In this document: in pieces, positions 7,422-15,743 of the stretch
Layout of the letters: every line of letters begins with the position of its first letter
Position numbering within the stretch: the stretch's first letter is position 1
Virus record (IMG/VR): IMGVR_UViG_3300015199_000001
Location: 1-42,453 of that record
Length of the DNA: 42,453 bases
Direction: 5' to 3' (one strand)
From: a virus
Notes under the pieces: model-generated
Told to the model about the DNA's origin: nothing
Seen by the model: only the letters and a program-made list of their open reading frames with translations
Database searches by the model: none
Made by a program: the position numbers and the translations under genes

Positions 7422-7852
7422 TCACCTCCATCTAGACAGGGGGCGAGACTGGCCGCTGCGGTTTTCATCGCCCGTTCCAGTTCTGGCGACCACAGAAACC
7501 ACTCCCCGCGAATATGCGTCGCTGCGAAATCCTTATGCCACCGCTTTTCTTCGTGGCCCCTGCCCCTTAGCAAGACAAGGCAATCTAGCTTTTCGTGATT
7601 GTCGGCTTGCATCTTGCCAAGGCGATTCACGATGTTAGCCGTGTGGCCGATCTTAACGGCATCGCCGGCGCGGACGAAATAGAGATCGCCCTTAGCGATC
7701 ATCGCTTCCCGCACCACAGCCCTCTCTGCGGCCTCCCAATCCTCGCTAAACGTGCGCCGGGACTCCCTAAAGAAGGCGGCGCGCTCCGGGGAGCCGATTG
7801 GCAAGTGCGGCGCGACAATCAAATTACTCTCCTTCGGGTTGGACAATCGCAC
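7418..7852 (-). CDS. T5orf172 / GIY-YIG-related domain protein
   Basis: LYFVRAGDAVKIGHTANIVNRLGKMQ...GEWF matches the T5orf172 (MUG113-like) pattern from memory. Confidence 0.6.
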   Translation of the reverse strand: MRLSNPKESNLIVAPHLPIGSPERAAFFRESRRTFSEDWEAAERAVVREAMIAKGDLYFVRAGDAVKIGHTANIVNRLGKMQADNHEKLDCLVLLRGRGHEEKRWHKDFAATHIRGEWFLWSPELERAMKTAAASLAPCLDGGE

Positions 7853-8018
7853 CGGGTCGGCTATCTAGGCCAAGCTGGGACGCGAAGGGCCGGGTTAGTC
7901 AAGATTGGCGTTGTTTCCATTATCTAATGCCTAGCCCCCTGCCCCTGCCATTGTCAAGGCGTTTCTTGCCGTTTTTAGCCAAGCATGGCGCATTGTTAGA
8001 CACAGCCGAATTGGCCGG

Positions 8019-9074
8019 TTAGACAATGCACCCGCTTTGTTCCCATTCCGCGACCTGATCTAGCGCCCCACCCGCAAGCCGTTTCCGATTCGCTGTATCG
8101 GCATAAACCGCCACTTCTCGGTCTCCCGTCCATTGGCCCAGCGCCTTGAGGCTTTGCTGCGACACATTCAGATCGGCGGCGCGCCTGGTAAGCGCCTTCC
8201 TCAGCCCGTGCGCGGTGCATTTGGGCAGCCCCGCCGTGAGGCACTGGGCCTTGAACCAGTTGCCGAACCCTGCGGCGGTGTAGGGCTTGCCGAAGCTGGT
8301 TTCTATCAGCGTGGCCGTGCCAACCTTATCCATTGCGGCGATTGCCGCCTGTAGGGCTGGCGCGACGTGCAGGTCGATTTCCTTGCCCGTCTTGACCGCT
8401 ATCGTGCGGAACCGGCCATCGACCGGCGGCGGCATGGTGTGGGCATTGCCCCGGCGCGATCCCGTCCACAGCATCAACTCCATCGCCAGCCTCGGCTTTG
8501 TACCCAGAGGCCAGCGGGCGCGGAACTGCGCGATGTCGCGTTCCGTCCAGGCGTAAAAGCCATCCCCCCTATGATCGACTTTCGTCGACTTAATGACCGG
8601 GTTGTCGCCACGCATCTCCTCGACGACCGCGAACTCAAACAGCCGCAGCAGCACCTCGCGCAGCCGTTCTGCCGATGCCGTCCCGCCGTGAACCCGCTTC
8701 CCCACTTGCCGCTTCACCATCCGGTCGGCGATTAGGCGGTTGATGTCCTTGGGCCGAAAGTTCACCACCGCGTCGTCGCCAAGCTCGCTCCTAACGGTTT
8801 CGATGTATTGCCGCATGGTCGCCTGCCAACTTGGCCCGGCCTTCCTGAACTCGGTCGATTGATAGAACTTGCTCACCAGCTCGTTGAACGTGCCGGGGCG
8901 AGCGCGGACTATGCGAACGCCGTTAAGCGCCTCGTTGTAGCGGTCGCGGTAGGCTTGCGAACCCGGCGGCGGCAGATACAGCGACACGCCGTCCCTACGG
9001 AACCGGAACCGCTCCTTGCCGTGGCGATCCACGAACACCGACACATAGCGGTCTAGCTTGCGCTTACGCGGCAT
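8019..9074 (-). CDS. int: Tyrosine integrase
   Basis: C-terminal catalytic motifs: R in TGSRRGN, AHGLRK, and Y in VAVYAD. N-terminus MPRKRKLDRYVSVF. An upstream ATG at 9113 is possible. Confidence 0.85.
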   Translation of the reverse strand: MPRKRKLDRYVSVFVDRHGKERFRFRRDGVSLYLPPPGSQAYRDRYNEALNGVRIVRARPGTFNELVSKFYQSTEFRKAGPSWQATMRQYIETVRSELGDDAVVNFRPKDINRLIADRMVKRQVGKRVHGGTASAERLREVLLRLFEFAVVEEMRGDNPVIKSTKVDHRGDGFYAWTERDIAQFRARWPLGTKPRLAMELMLWTGSRRGNAHTMPPPVDGRFRTIAVKTGKEIDLHVAPALQAAIAAMDKVGTATLIETSFGKPYTAAGFGNWFKAQCLTAGLPKCTAHGLRKALTRRAADLNVSQQSLKALGQWTGDREVAVYADTANRKRLAGGALDQVAEWEQSGCIV

Positions 9075-9243
9075 GAAGCCTGTCCAGCGGGTTGCGACGG
9101 GCGCCGCCCTCATCGCGCTCCCCGATCACCACCTCAATGCCGTTATCGTTGATAACTATCCGCGCCACCCGCAATCCCGCCGCTTCCGCAGCCTTGACGG
9201 CGCGGGTTAGGTCGGCCTGGCGAAAGGCGGCGCGGGCCGTCAC
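9064..9243 (-). CDS. Small ORF (59 aa, GTG start) in the excisionase position
   Basis: Translates to VTARAAFRQADLTRAVKAAEAAGLRVARIVINDNGIEVVIGE... Its stop overlaps the int start. Below the cutoff of the supplied ORF track. Confidence 0.45.
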   Translation of the reverse strand: MTARAAFRQADLTRAVKAAEAAGLRVARIVINDNGIEVVIGERDEGGARRNPLDRLHAA

Positions 9244-9315
9244 CTCACTTCACCACCTTATCGGGCCTAGACCAGCGGTATGCAACAAACCACAGCAGGC
9301 GGGTAAGGAGCGGCA

Positions 9316-9969
9316 TCATTTCACCACCTTGGGTGCGGCGCGTTGCATGGCGAGGTAGATGCGCTTGACACGATCCCGCTCGTGTTCGCGGTCGCTGGCG
9401 TATGGGGGGTCAAGCATCCGATAGCCTGCGCTGATCATTTCCTCCGTCACAACGGGTTCACGCAGAGCGGCGATCTCGGCTTCGAGGCGGGTGATTTCTT
9501 TGCCGCACTCCGCGAGCGTTTCTAGGGTGAATTTGTCAGCCGTGGTGTCATGGATTAGCGCGCATTGCACCTTCCCCCACAAGAGCGCAGAGTCGCTGAC
9601 CTGAGCCTTCAACTCTCCCGTATCACCTAGAGGGGTTGCTACAGGGGCTGGCGAGGCGTCTCCAGTGACCGGGCTGGAGGCAAGCGCAGTTAGGACGGCT
9701 TCGGCGAGAGCGCGAGTATCCACGCCGCCGTAAGCCACGCCCTGTCGTTCAAGTTCGCCAGTGATTGCGGCCTCCACATTGCACGAACGCAGCGCCAAGA
9801 CGCCCTTGTCTTGGAGAGCCTCTGCGGCCTCGTGCGCCATCAATCCGACCGGGTGGTGGCTGTGATGCGTTGACGAGTGTTCATACCACAGCCGAGCGTC
9901 CTTCGGTATCGCGCGCAATCGTTCAATCAGTGGCGTTGCTGCGGCGGCCATCTGGTTGGTGCCGGTCAT
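9316..9969 (-). CDS. Hypothetical protein (217 aa)
   Basis: ATGA-coupled member of the leftward operon. Confidence 0.55.
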   Translation of the reverse strand: MTGTNQMAAAATPLIERLRAIPKDARLWYEHSSTHHSHHPVGLMAHEAAEALQDKGVLALRSCNVEAAITGELERQGVAYGGVDTRALAEAVLTALASSPVTGDASPAPVATPLGDTGELKAQVSDSALLWGKVQCALIHDTTADKFTLETLAECGKEITRLEAEIAALREPVVTEEMISAGYRMLDPPYASDREHERDRVKRIYLAMQRAAPKVVK

Positions 9970-10181
9970 TGGGCGCCCAGTTCAATCGTTTGGCATATGG
10001 TAAGCAGTGAATTGTCGTCGGCACCTTCTTTGGCATAGCCACTTGTCGTAAAGGTTCGCATTTCGCGGTATGACTTACGCCAGAACACCCACCAAGGCGG
10101 GTTGACAATAACCTCGGCGTCGTAGGTGTGGGAAACCCTTTGCCAGCCGTTGCCCACGTCTGTTCTGATAATTTCACCCAC
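9966..10181 (-). CDS. Hypothetical protein (71 aa)
   Basis: Operon context. Confidence 0.45.
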   Translation of the reverse strand: MGEIIRTDVGNGWQRVSHTYDAEVIVNPPWWVFWRKSYREMRTFTTSGYAKEGADDNSLLTICQTIELGAQ

Positions 10182-10211
10182 GATCTTCCTCCTTCTGGTT
10201 ATGTGCGCGGG

Positions 10212-10409
10212 TCACGGGCGATCCCAATCCGCCAAGCCGGACAGTTCCAAAGCAATCCATCGGCCCTCATGCCCAGCCCAAGCCGCCACGGCATGTTCGG
10301 GCTCGCAATCGCAACCCATCGAATCCACCCATCCGCTAATCGGATACTCCAAGCCGTGCTCGTCGCGGTAAAGCCGCTTTGCCATGTTGATCGCGGGCTG
10401 TCCGCTCAT
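10212..10409 (-). CDS. Hypothetical protein (65 aa)
   Basis: Operon context. Confidence 0.45.
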   Translation of the reverse strand: MSGQPAINMAKRLYRDEHGLEYPISGWVDSMGCDCEPEHAVAAWAGHEGRWIALELSGLADWDRP

Positions 10410-10412
10410 GGT

Positions 10413-10706
10413 TCAGCTATCCTTTCGTGCGAGAGTGGCGCGGGCAATCTCGCTGATCGCGTCGAGCGCTTGTGGCGCCACCATGTTTCCGTCGAAGGCA
10501 TCGCGGACATATTCCTCGATCTTCGCCATCGCGTCCTCCACCCTTGCTTGTAGGGCTGTGGTGGCGTCGAGGAGGGTGCGGAGGTCGTCAATGGTTGGGC
10601 TGAAGTCAGAACCCCGATCAATTGCTGCGCCAGGCAGCCACACCCGCTCGTTAAGATAGACCCGCACACGCTCAACCGCTTCTGATATGTCCCTGGTGCT
10701 AGTCAT
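10413..10706 (-). CDS. Hypothetical protein (about 97 aa)
   Basis: Operon context. The ATG at 10706 gives a short overlap with the upstream gene; 10727 is an alternative start. Confidence 0.45.
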   Translation of the reverse strand: MTSTRDISEAVERVRVYLNERVWLPGAAIDRGSDFSPTIDDLRTLLDATTALQARVEDAMAKIEEYVRDAFDGNMVAPQALDAISEIARATLARKDS

Positions 10707-11241
10707 GGCGACCTCCCTTGGGCGCATCGCTTACAGCGACCGCGCTCTCGTGAACGGCGTCAGTGTTCCCTGTCGCCGCCCTACGGGCTTCGATCGCTTG
10801 CGCGAGCGCGGACAAATCCACCTTCGACTTATGGCCCGTCCCACGCGCATCGGCGCGGATCGCTGCCGCATTTTGTAGCCAGTCAAGCCACCGTAAGCCC
10901 GCAGCCATCATAAACATTGCTTCGTGTTCAGTCGGCGGCTCCAACGACCGGAACTCAATTCCCGCCGCCCCGCAAAACTCTTTGGCCGCCTCATCAACAG
11001 CGTAGCACCCGAGCAAGTCAACGCAGCCCATGCGAGTGCGCCCATCACGGCCAACGACATGAATGCCGCGCGTTCCCCGCTGGAACATGATTGCAGCGGC
11101 AAGCCCGCGCGCGGCGACATACCAATCCGGCTCGTTCTTCCCCGCCACGCCCCTGTCGCTCACGACTTCCTCCCAATCGAGCTGATCGTCATGCTGCAAT
11201 GTCCTTTCGTTCTGGCGTCCACCGAACGCCCTGTTCGTCAC
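10699..11241 (-). CDS. Hypothetical protein (180 aa)
   Basis: Operon context. The 5' end overlaps the ninB 3' end by 53 nt. Confidence 0.45.
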   Translation of the reverse strand: MTNRAFGGRQNERTLQHDDQLDWEEVVSDRGVAGKNEPDWYVAARGLAAAIMFQRGTRGIHVVGRDGRTRMGCVDLLGCYAVDEAAKEFCGAAGIEFRSLEPPTEHEAMFMMAAGLRWLDWLQNAAAIRADARGTGHKSKVDLSALAQAIEARRAATGNTDAVHESAVAVSDAPKGGRHD

Positions 11242-11584
11242 CCCACGCCTGCATCCAGTCCATCAGCGCAGACATTTGCGCCTTGGTGAGCTGCGACGAC
11301 TTGAACCCAACCGGGAACGGATGGCCGTCGAGGATGCCGGGCAAAAACTGGCACTCGAACCCACACGCTTGCATGATGCGCGGCTTCCACTCATCCGGCG
11401 TATATCGCTGGCCCATTGGCTTTGCGATGCTAATGTCTGTCAACATTGACCAAAATCGGTCGTTCTGCTCCAATGACCGCTTCGGCTCCCGCACCTCGAC
11501 AATGAAGCCGTCGGGCGCATGGTCGATAAGCAGCTTCGCGCGGGTGCGCGTCCACTGGTCGCGGAGGATCGTGCGGTGAGTCAT
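11189..11584 (-). CDS. ninB: NinB/Orf-family recombination mediator
   Basis: EPKRSLEQNDRFWSMLTDIS...GFKSSQLTKAQMSALMDWMQAWGDEQGVRWTPE aligns by eye with lambda NinB (ERNRSLDQNRKLWACLGDVS...GQSTSRMRVGEFAELLELIQAFGTERGVKWSDE). Confidence 0.8.
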   Translation of the reverse strand: MTHRTILRDQWTRTRAKLLIDHAPDGFIVEVREPKRSLEQNDRFWSMLTDISIAKPMGQRYTPDEWKPRIMQACGFECQFLPGILDGHPFPVGFKSSQLTKAQMSALMDWMQAWGDEQGVRWTPERKDIAA

Positions 11585-11766
11585 GTATGCCGCCAGACGA
11601 ACACGGACGACGTAATGAACGCCAACCCGGCCAGCCCTAGGCCGAAGAACCCAACGGGGTCGGCCCACGCTGAACCGCCCCGCGCGAGAACCGCCGCTAA
11701 ACCGGCGAATGCTACCGCGACATTGCAAGAGAGCGCGAACATAATCAAAACGAGCAAAAACCTCAT
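11581..11766 (-). CDS. Small membrane protein (61 aa, two hydrophobic helices)
   Basis: ATGA-coupled on both sides. Strongly hydrophobic. Confidence 0.5.
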   Translation of the reverse strand: MRFLLVLIMFALSCNVAVAFAGLAAVLARGGSAWADPVGFFGLGLAGLAFITSSVFVWRHT

Positions 11767-12098
11767 CTATCGTCTCCCATGAGCTTATGCTTGTGTGGCG
11801 ACTTAGCGAGGAACTCCATCGCCAGCGCCTTCATGTCGATGCCGTGTCGCCGCTCAAACGGGCCTTCGCCGATTTGATGCTGACGAGCATGGCAAGTTTT
11901 GCACAAGCTGATCGTCCATTTATCCGAGGGCTTTTGACCCATGCCCCCGTCAGTCCCGGTGCGAACATGGGCGCATTCGATTGCGGTAGTTGACCCGCAC
12001 GAGCAACAAGCATGGCCACGCACAAAATTGCGATGGCCAGGCGAACGCTTCCCAACGTCCTTTTTGCCGGATTGCTTGCTGATGCGTGCGGGTAACAT
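11763..12098 (-). CDS. Zinc-binding HNH-like protein (DUF968/YbcO-like)
   Basis: CCSCG...ECAHVRTG..GGMGQKPSDKWTISLCKTCHARQH pattern. Confidence 0.5.
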   Translation of the reverse strand: MLPARISKQSGKKDVGKRSPGHRNFVRGHACCSCGSTTAIECAHVRTGTDGGMGQKPSDKWTISLCKTCHARQHQIGEGPFERRHGIDMKALAMEFLAKSPHKHKLMGDDR

Positions 12099-12344
12099 CT
12101 AAAAACCGGGGATTTCGTCGTCTAGGTCACCAACGGGCGCGGATTGGCGATGCGCCTGATTGTCACGCGGCGGTAGCGGCTCGCGCAAGATCAGCTTGAA
12201 CTGGCCATCGACCGACGCCGGCATGGCATCGAGCAAAACAGTCCAGCCCGGCCCCTGCTTGGCGGGGAAGGCGGCCCCCAGCTTTGTGAAATACGATTTA
12301 CCGTTGCTTTCGCGGACGGTCAGACAGTCTAGACGTTCAACCAT
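12099..12344 (-). CDS. Small SSB-like protein ending in an SSB C-terminal-tip motif
   Basis: 81 aa ending GDLDDEIPGF (bacterial SSB tips end D(F/L)DD(D/E)IPF). Sits immediately downstream of the annealase. Confidence 0.45.
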   Translation of the reverse strand: MVERLDCLTVRESNGKSYFTKLGAAFPAKQGPGWTVLLDAMPASVDGQFKLILREPLPPRDNQAHRQSAPVGDLDDEIPGF

Positions 12345-12355
12345 GTTAGTCTCCT

Positions 12356-13201
12356 TTATCCTGCCCGCACCCTCTTGGCGCCGGGCGAATTTGCGATGCT
12401 GTCGAGTTCTTCCAGTTCGCGGCGCTTGCGCTCGATCCGGCTGGTCATCGGTTCATATTCGGCGGGCATTCCCTCGCCCGTGTCCCACCATTGCGGAATG
12501 TAGCGCATGGCGGCTTGCTCAAGTTCGATGACCTCGGGCGTTTCCATCCAGGCATTGAAGCCCGCCGCGTCGTCATTGTAGATACGCAGGCTTTCCGCGA
12601 ACGCCTTGATTGCGGCTTTCAGCGTCGTCATCGCCGGATATGGGCCTTCAAGCTTTTCACGGGGCGGGCTTACGGGCTTGGCGTCGATTATCTCGCCGGT
12701 TTCAGTGTCATGGGTTTCCATCGCATCATCAGGATGGAGGTCCCCCTTGTGCCAAAGGTCGAGCGCAGCACCGAAGCGCATCGCCGCGTTGCGGAGCGCG
12801 TCGCCGATGATTTCCTTGACCGCATCGCCGCCTGTCTTGCCGTCAGCAGCGCCATACCCGTAGCGAGTTACGCCGCAGACCGTCAGCTTAATCCACAGCC
12901 CGCCATTCTGGTCGCGGGCGGGCAACCCCTCGGGGGTGAAGCCAACAGGCTCCCATGACCATTCGGGATCGGCGTCAAGCAGCCGGTCTGTCAGCGCGGC
13001 GTGGCCGACATAATCCAAGTGGACAACATCGGGGTGATGCCAAGCGCCGCAGATCGCGCAACGAATGCCCTTCTTGAAGTCCGCCTTTACATCGTCAGTC
13101 TGCTTCTTCGTCGGCTTTGGTAGCTTGCTGATGTGGTGCGCGGGGAAGGGCTGGCGCAAGAGCGCAAGCGGCCCGGCTGCAACGGCGGTTTCGGCGTTCA
13201 C
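12356..13201 (-). CDS. Rad52-family single-strand annealing protein
   Basis: LDYVGHAALTDRLL..DPEWSWEP...IKLTVCGVTRYGYG...KEIIGDALRNAAMRFGAALDLW resembles Rad52/Sak-type SSAPs. Confidence 0.65.
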   Translation of the reverse strand: MNAETAVAAGPLALLRQPFPAHHISKLPKPTKKQTDDVKADFKKGIRCAICGAWHHPDVVHLDYVGHAALTDRLLDADPEWSWEPVGFTPEGLPARDQNGGLWIKLTVCGVTRYGYGAADGKTGGDAVKEIIGDALRNAAMRFGAALDLWHKGDLHPDDAMETHDTETGEIIDAKPVSPPREKLEGPYPAMTTLKAAIKAFAESLRIYNDDAAGFNAWMETPEVIELEQAAMRYIPQWWDTGEGMPAEYEPMTSRIERKRRELEELDSIANSPGAKRVRAG

Positions 13202-13210
13202 ATCACTCTC

Positions 13211-13366
13211 CTACACAAACCAAATCAGAACAGACGCCGCCAACCCTGCGAGGATAATCATTCGGGCAACGGGGTGCGGTTCATGCGAAGGGGGCAGCGA
13301 GGTTGGGCGGTAAGGCCGATGACTGCGCCAGTTGTGCGCCCCGCCCTGCGAGATAAAGCGGCTCAT
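13211..13366 (-). CDS. Small tail-anchored membrane protein (51 aa)
   Basis: ATGA-coupled. C-terminal MIILAGLAASVLIWFV. Confidence 0.35.
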   Translation of the reverse strand: MSRFISQGGAHNWRSHRPYRPTSLPPSHEPHPVARMIILAGLAASVLIWFV

Positions 13367-14025
13367 GCTGGAATCTCCTCGGGCGATGCGAAGCCGAACA
13401 TCGGCAGGAAAAAGAACGGCTGGCCGCGTTCGCGCATGATGGCCGCGCCCTGGATTTCGCCGCAGGCGTATCCGGCGTCCATAGTGGCGGCCCAAGCGGC
13501 GGCCCAAGCGGCGGCCCCAGCGGCGGCCCTAGCGGCGTCCCTAGCGGCGGCCCTAGCGGCGGCCCCAGCGGCGTCCATAGCGGCGTCCATAGCGGCGTCC
13601 ATAGCGGCGTCCATAGCGGCGGCCCTAGCGGCGGCCACTTTCTGCCAATCCTTCGCTTTCATGCGGTCGAGATGCCGCCAGAACCGCAAAACGATCTGCG
13701 CCTGATCGCCGAGTATCTTTTCAGGATGCGTCAGAACAATCGATGGCGCGCCATCAACCTTGTCGTTGACCGAGCGCAGCAAGATTGCGTGGGCGATGCT
13801 AATACCGAGTTGCTTGGCAACCGCTTTGTCGGCTTTGTCCTGATCGGTGTCGCGCAGCTTTTGCGGCGACCACCCGGCGAGCAGATGAAGGACTTGACCC
13901 TGAGCGCACATACAGCCGATGTTCGCGGGCTCGGCCTCGAAGGCGGCCCAATCAATCAACTGGCCTTTGTATGGTTTCCCCTCGCCGCTATCCCAACGAG
14001 CGAGCATTGTGTCGAGGTCGGTCAT
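13363..14025 (-). CDS. Hypothetical protein with an internal Ala-rich tetrapeptide repeat array
   Basis: 220 aa containing (AAMD)x4 and AAxA/AAxD units encoded by the 12-bp tandem repeat. Confidence 0.6.
   Translation of the reverse strand: MTDLDTMLARWDSGEGKPYKGQLIDWAAFEAEPANIGCMCAQGQVLHLLAGWSPQKLRDTDQDKADKAVAKQLGISIAHAILLRSVNDKVDGAPSIVLTHPEKILGDQAQIVLRFWRHLDRMKAKDWQKVAAARAAAMDAAMDAAMDAAMDAAGAAARAAARDAARAAAGAAAWAAAWAATMDAGYACGEIQGAAIMRERGQPFFFLPMFGFASPEEIPA
13474..13629. repeat. Tandem repeat: 13 copies of a 12-bp unit GGCG(G/T)CC(C/A)(T/C/A)AG(C/T)
   Basis: Counted directly. Four consecutive copies (13570..13617) are identical. In frame within CDS 13363..14025. Confidence 0.95.
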
Positions 14026-14321
14026 GCTTGCGGCTCCTTCACCTTTGCGCGGTTAAGCAGGGTGACGAACTCGGTTTCGCAAGCCTCGCGCTTGTCGTGC
14101 TGGACTTTGCGGAAGCGGCGGGCGAGCCTGCCATTGCCGCAAGTTGTCGGGGGGACGCCATCAAGCCACAGCGCGGCCTCACCCACGTATCCGTCGGGGC
14201 AATCGCGGACCACGTCGAGGCCGCTAACCCGGTAAATTTTGCCTTCGCGAAGGTTTGTGATGGCGCCCCAAGTCAGTGGTGCCGCATCAACACAGACCAC
14301 CAAATCACCAACGCCAATCAT
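14022..14321 (-). CDS. Hypothetical protein (99 aa)
   Basis: ATGA-coupled operon member. Confidence 0.5.
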   Translation of the reverse strand: MIGVGDLVVCVDAAPLTWGAITNLREGKIYRVSGLDVVRDCPDGYVGEAALWLDGVPPTTCGNGRLARRFRKVQHDKREACETEFVTLLNRAKVKEPQA

Positions 14322-14491
14322 CGTCCTTGCTCCTTCATGACATATTCAGCGGCTTGCTTCGCCCAATTATGATAGAGGCTCGGCAGTGATTGGGCGTCTC
14401 TCGCCATGTCGCGATAGAAACCGGCAAGGGCGTGACGACCGCGCGTTTCAGCTAGATCGGCGGAAGCGTAGAGGCTGGCGGCGGGGTTCAT
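14318..14491 (-). CDS. Hypothetical small protein (57 aa)
   Basis: Fills the gap exactly, with ATGA overlaps at both ends. Below the ORF-track cutoff. Confidence 0.4.
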   Translation of the reverse strand: MNPAASLYASADLAETRGRHALAGFYRDMARDAQSLPSLYHNWAKQAAEYVMKEQGR

Positions 14492-14739
14492 GCGCCCACT
14501 CCGAACTGACCGTTTTCAACGAACCACTCATCAATCTCGGTGTAGAGTTCATCGAGCGTCCGACCTTCTGCCTTGTGGCCGTTGTCGACCCATCCGTCCT
14601 CTGCGCCCTCATACAATGCGTCATAGTCGCGGCCGTATTCGAAGGACACCGACCATCCGCGATAGGTGTTGGCTTCACCGGCCTCGGCGGCGCGCCTGGC
14701 TTCCAGTTCGTCATGGAAGGCGTTCTTGAGCGCGCTCAT
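14488..14739 (-). CDS. Hypothetical acidic protein (83 aa)
   Basis: ATGA-coupled. Confidence 0.5.
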   Translation of the reverse strand: MSALKNAFHDELEARRAAEAGEANTYRGWSVSFEYGRDYDALYEGAEDGWVDNGHKAEGRTLDELYTEIDEWFVENGQFGVGA

Positions 14740-14951
14740 GCTTCACCTCCTGCGATCAGTCCCTCGGACTTCGCCCACGCAACGGCGCGGCAATAGCAGT
14801 CATCACAGAGGCTGACCGTCTCTTCACCAATATCTCCGGGGAAGTGAGCGGCGTATTCCTCCCGCGCCTCATCCTCCGTCCATTCGTTGTGGAAGGTTTC
14901 GTCGCAATGGTCGCACCGGAACATCCGACAGGCGGTCGCTGACGCGCTCAT
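14736..14951 (-). CDS. Small zinc-ribbon protein (about 71 aa)
   Basis: CDHCDETF...CDDCYC. ATGA coupling at 14951/14948. Confidence 0.45.
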   Translation of the reverse strand: MSASATACRMFRCDHCDETFHNEWTEDEAREEYAAHFPGDIGEETVSLCDDCYCRAVAWAKSEGLIAGGEA

Positions 14952-15199
14952 CGCGCCGCCCCCATGCCAAACCCGGTCTTGACCCACAGCGTTCCGGTAT
15001 CATCGACCCCGGTAAGCCCAAGTTCATAGTCCAGCGTGTCGATCATCGCGTCCAGCCCGTCATCAGGCTGAATGACGGCAATCGCCTTCAACAGGTTGCG
15101 CCATGCCATGCCGTTACGGCGAGGCTCGCTTGCAAGCGCCACGGCACGGGCCATGACCTCGCGGTGTTGGGCGTCGGTAATGGTGAAGGGGTCGGTCAT
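14948..15199 (-). CDS. Hypothetical protein (83 aa)
   Basis: The ATGA-coupled start at 15199 is preferred over 15274. Confidence 0.45.
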   Translation of the reverse strand: MTDPFTITDAQHREVMARAVALASEPRRNGMAWRNLLKAIAVIQPDDGLDAMIDTLDYELGLTGVDDTGTLWVKTGFGMGAAR

Positions 15200-15402
15200 G
15201 TGGCGTCTGCCACGAGAACCGGCTTGGCGCGCATGGCGAGCCGATGTCCGGCCAATACTCCAGCGAGCGCGCACTGAACCTCGCGCTCGTCGTCATATTT
15301 GCCTTCGCGCATGTAGTCGGCATAGCCAGCGGTGTCAGTGTCGATGTCGCAAACGGCAGCGGCAAGCCGACGAGCGAGCGGCAGGGCGTCGGCGCGGTTC
15401 AT
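15196..15402 (-). CDS. Hypothetical protein (68 aa)
   Basis: ATGA-coupled. Confidence 0.45.
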   Translation of the reverse strand: MNRADALPLARRLAAAVCDIDTDTAGYADYMREGKYDDEREVQCALAGVLAGHRLAMRAKPVLVADAT

Positions 15403-15554
15403 GCCGACACCTGTTCGGCAAGCGCCTTAATGGCGGCATCGCGGACAGCCTTGAACTGGCGCCCAAAGTCGCTGTTCGGCCCGCAGGCGTTCCATTGCTT
15501 CACGAAGGCTTCTAGGCCTGCGAGCATCCCGGCAGGATAGGGCGGGCGGGTCAT
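15399..15554 (-). CDS. Hypothetical small protein (51 aa)
   Basis: Fills the gap with ATGA overlaps at both ends. Confidence 0.4.
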   Translation of the reverse strand: MTRPPYPAGMLAGLEAFVKQWNACGPNSDFGRQFKAVRDAAIKALAEQVSA

Positions 15555-15739
15555 GCGAACACCGCGAGGCGAAAGAAGTGGCCGGTGCGTTGGCCGAGCT
15601 TTATTTCCTCAACCGTCTCGCCAGCAGCCAGGCGCCTACGAGCCGCAGGATCAATGATAAAGGTTTCGATTTCATCGTCGCCATAGGCCAGCGTTTCCTT
15701 GCCCGTTGGGGACGTAACTTCGTATGTGCGGCTTGCCAT
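15551..15739 (-). CDS. First gene of the leftward early operon (62 aa)
   Basis: GGGAG Shine-Dalgarno. Directly downstream of the P_L-like promoter and operators. Confidence 0.5.
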   Translation of the reverse strand: MASRTYEVTSPTGKETLAYGDDEIETFIIDPAARRRLAAGETVEEIKLGQRTGHFFRLAVFA

Positions 15740-15743
15740 GATT

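Noticed and set aside
7853-8018. tRNA-derived attP core downstream of the integrase
   Set aside because: I read both strands and found no T-arm/acceptor-like sequence, only an 8-bp direct repeat GTTAGACA (7995 and 8018) that could be chance. attP is probably near here but cannot be defined without the bacterial attB.
13474-13629. Possible CRISPR array
   Set aside because: The units are 12 bp and directly abutting, with no spacers. They are in frame inside a CDS. This is a coding tandem repeat.
13133-13705. 190-aa plus-strand ORF reading AAQAAAQAAAPAAALAAS through the tandem repeat
   Set aside because: It is the antisense reading of the 12-bp repeat. The minus-strand frame is part of an ATGA-coupled operon and continues into non-repetitive sequence.
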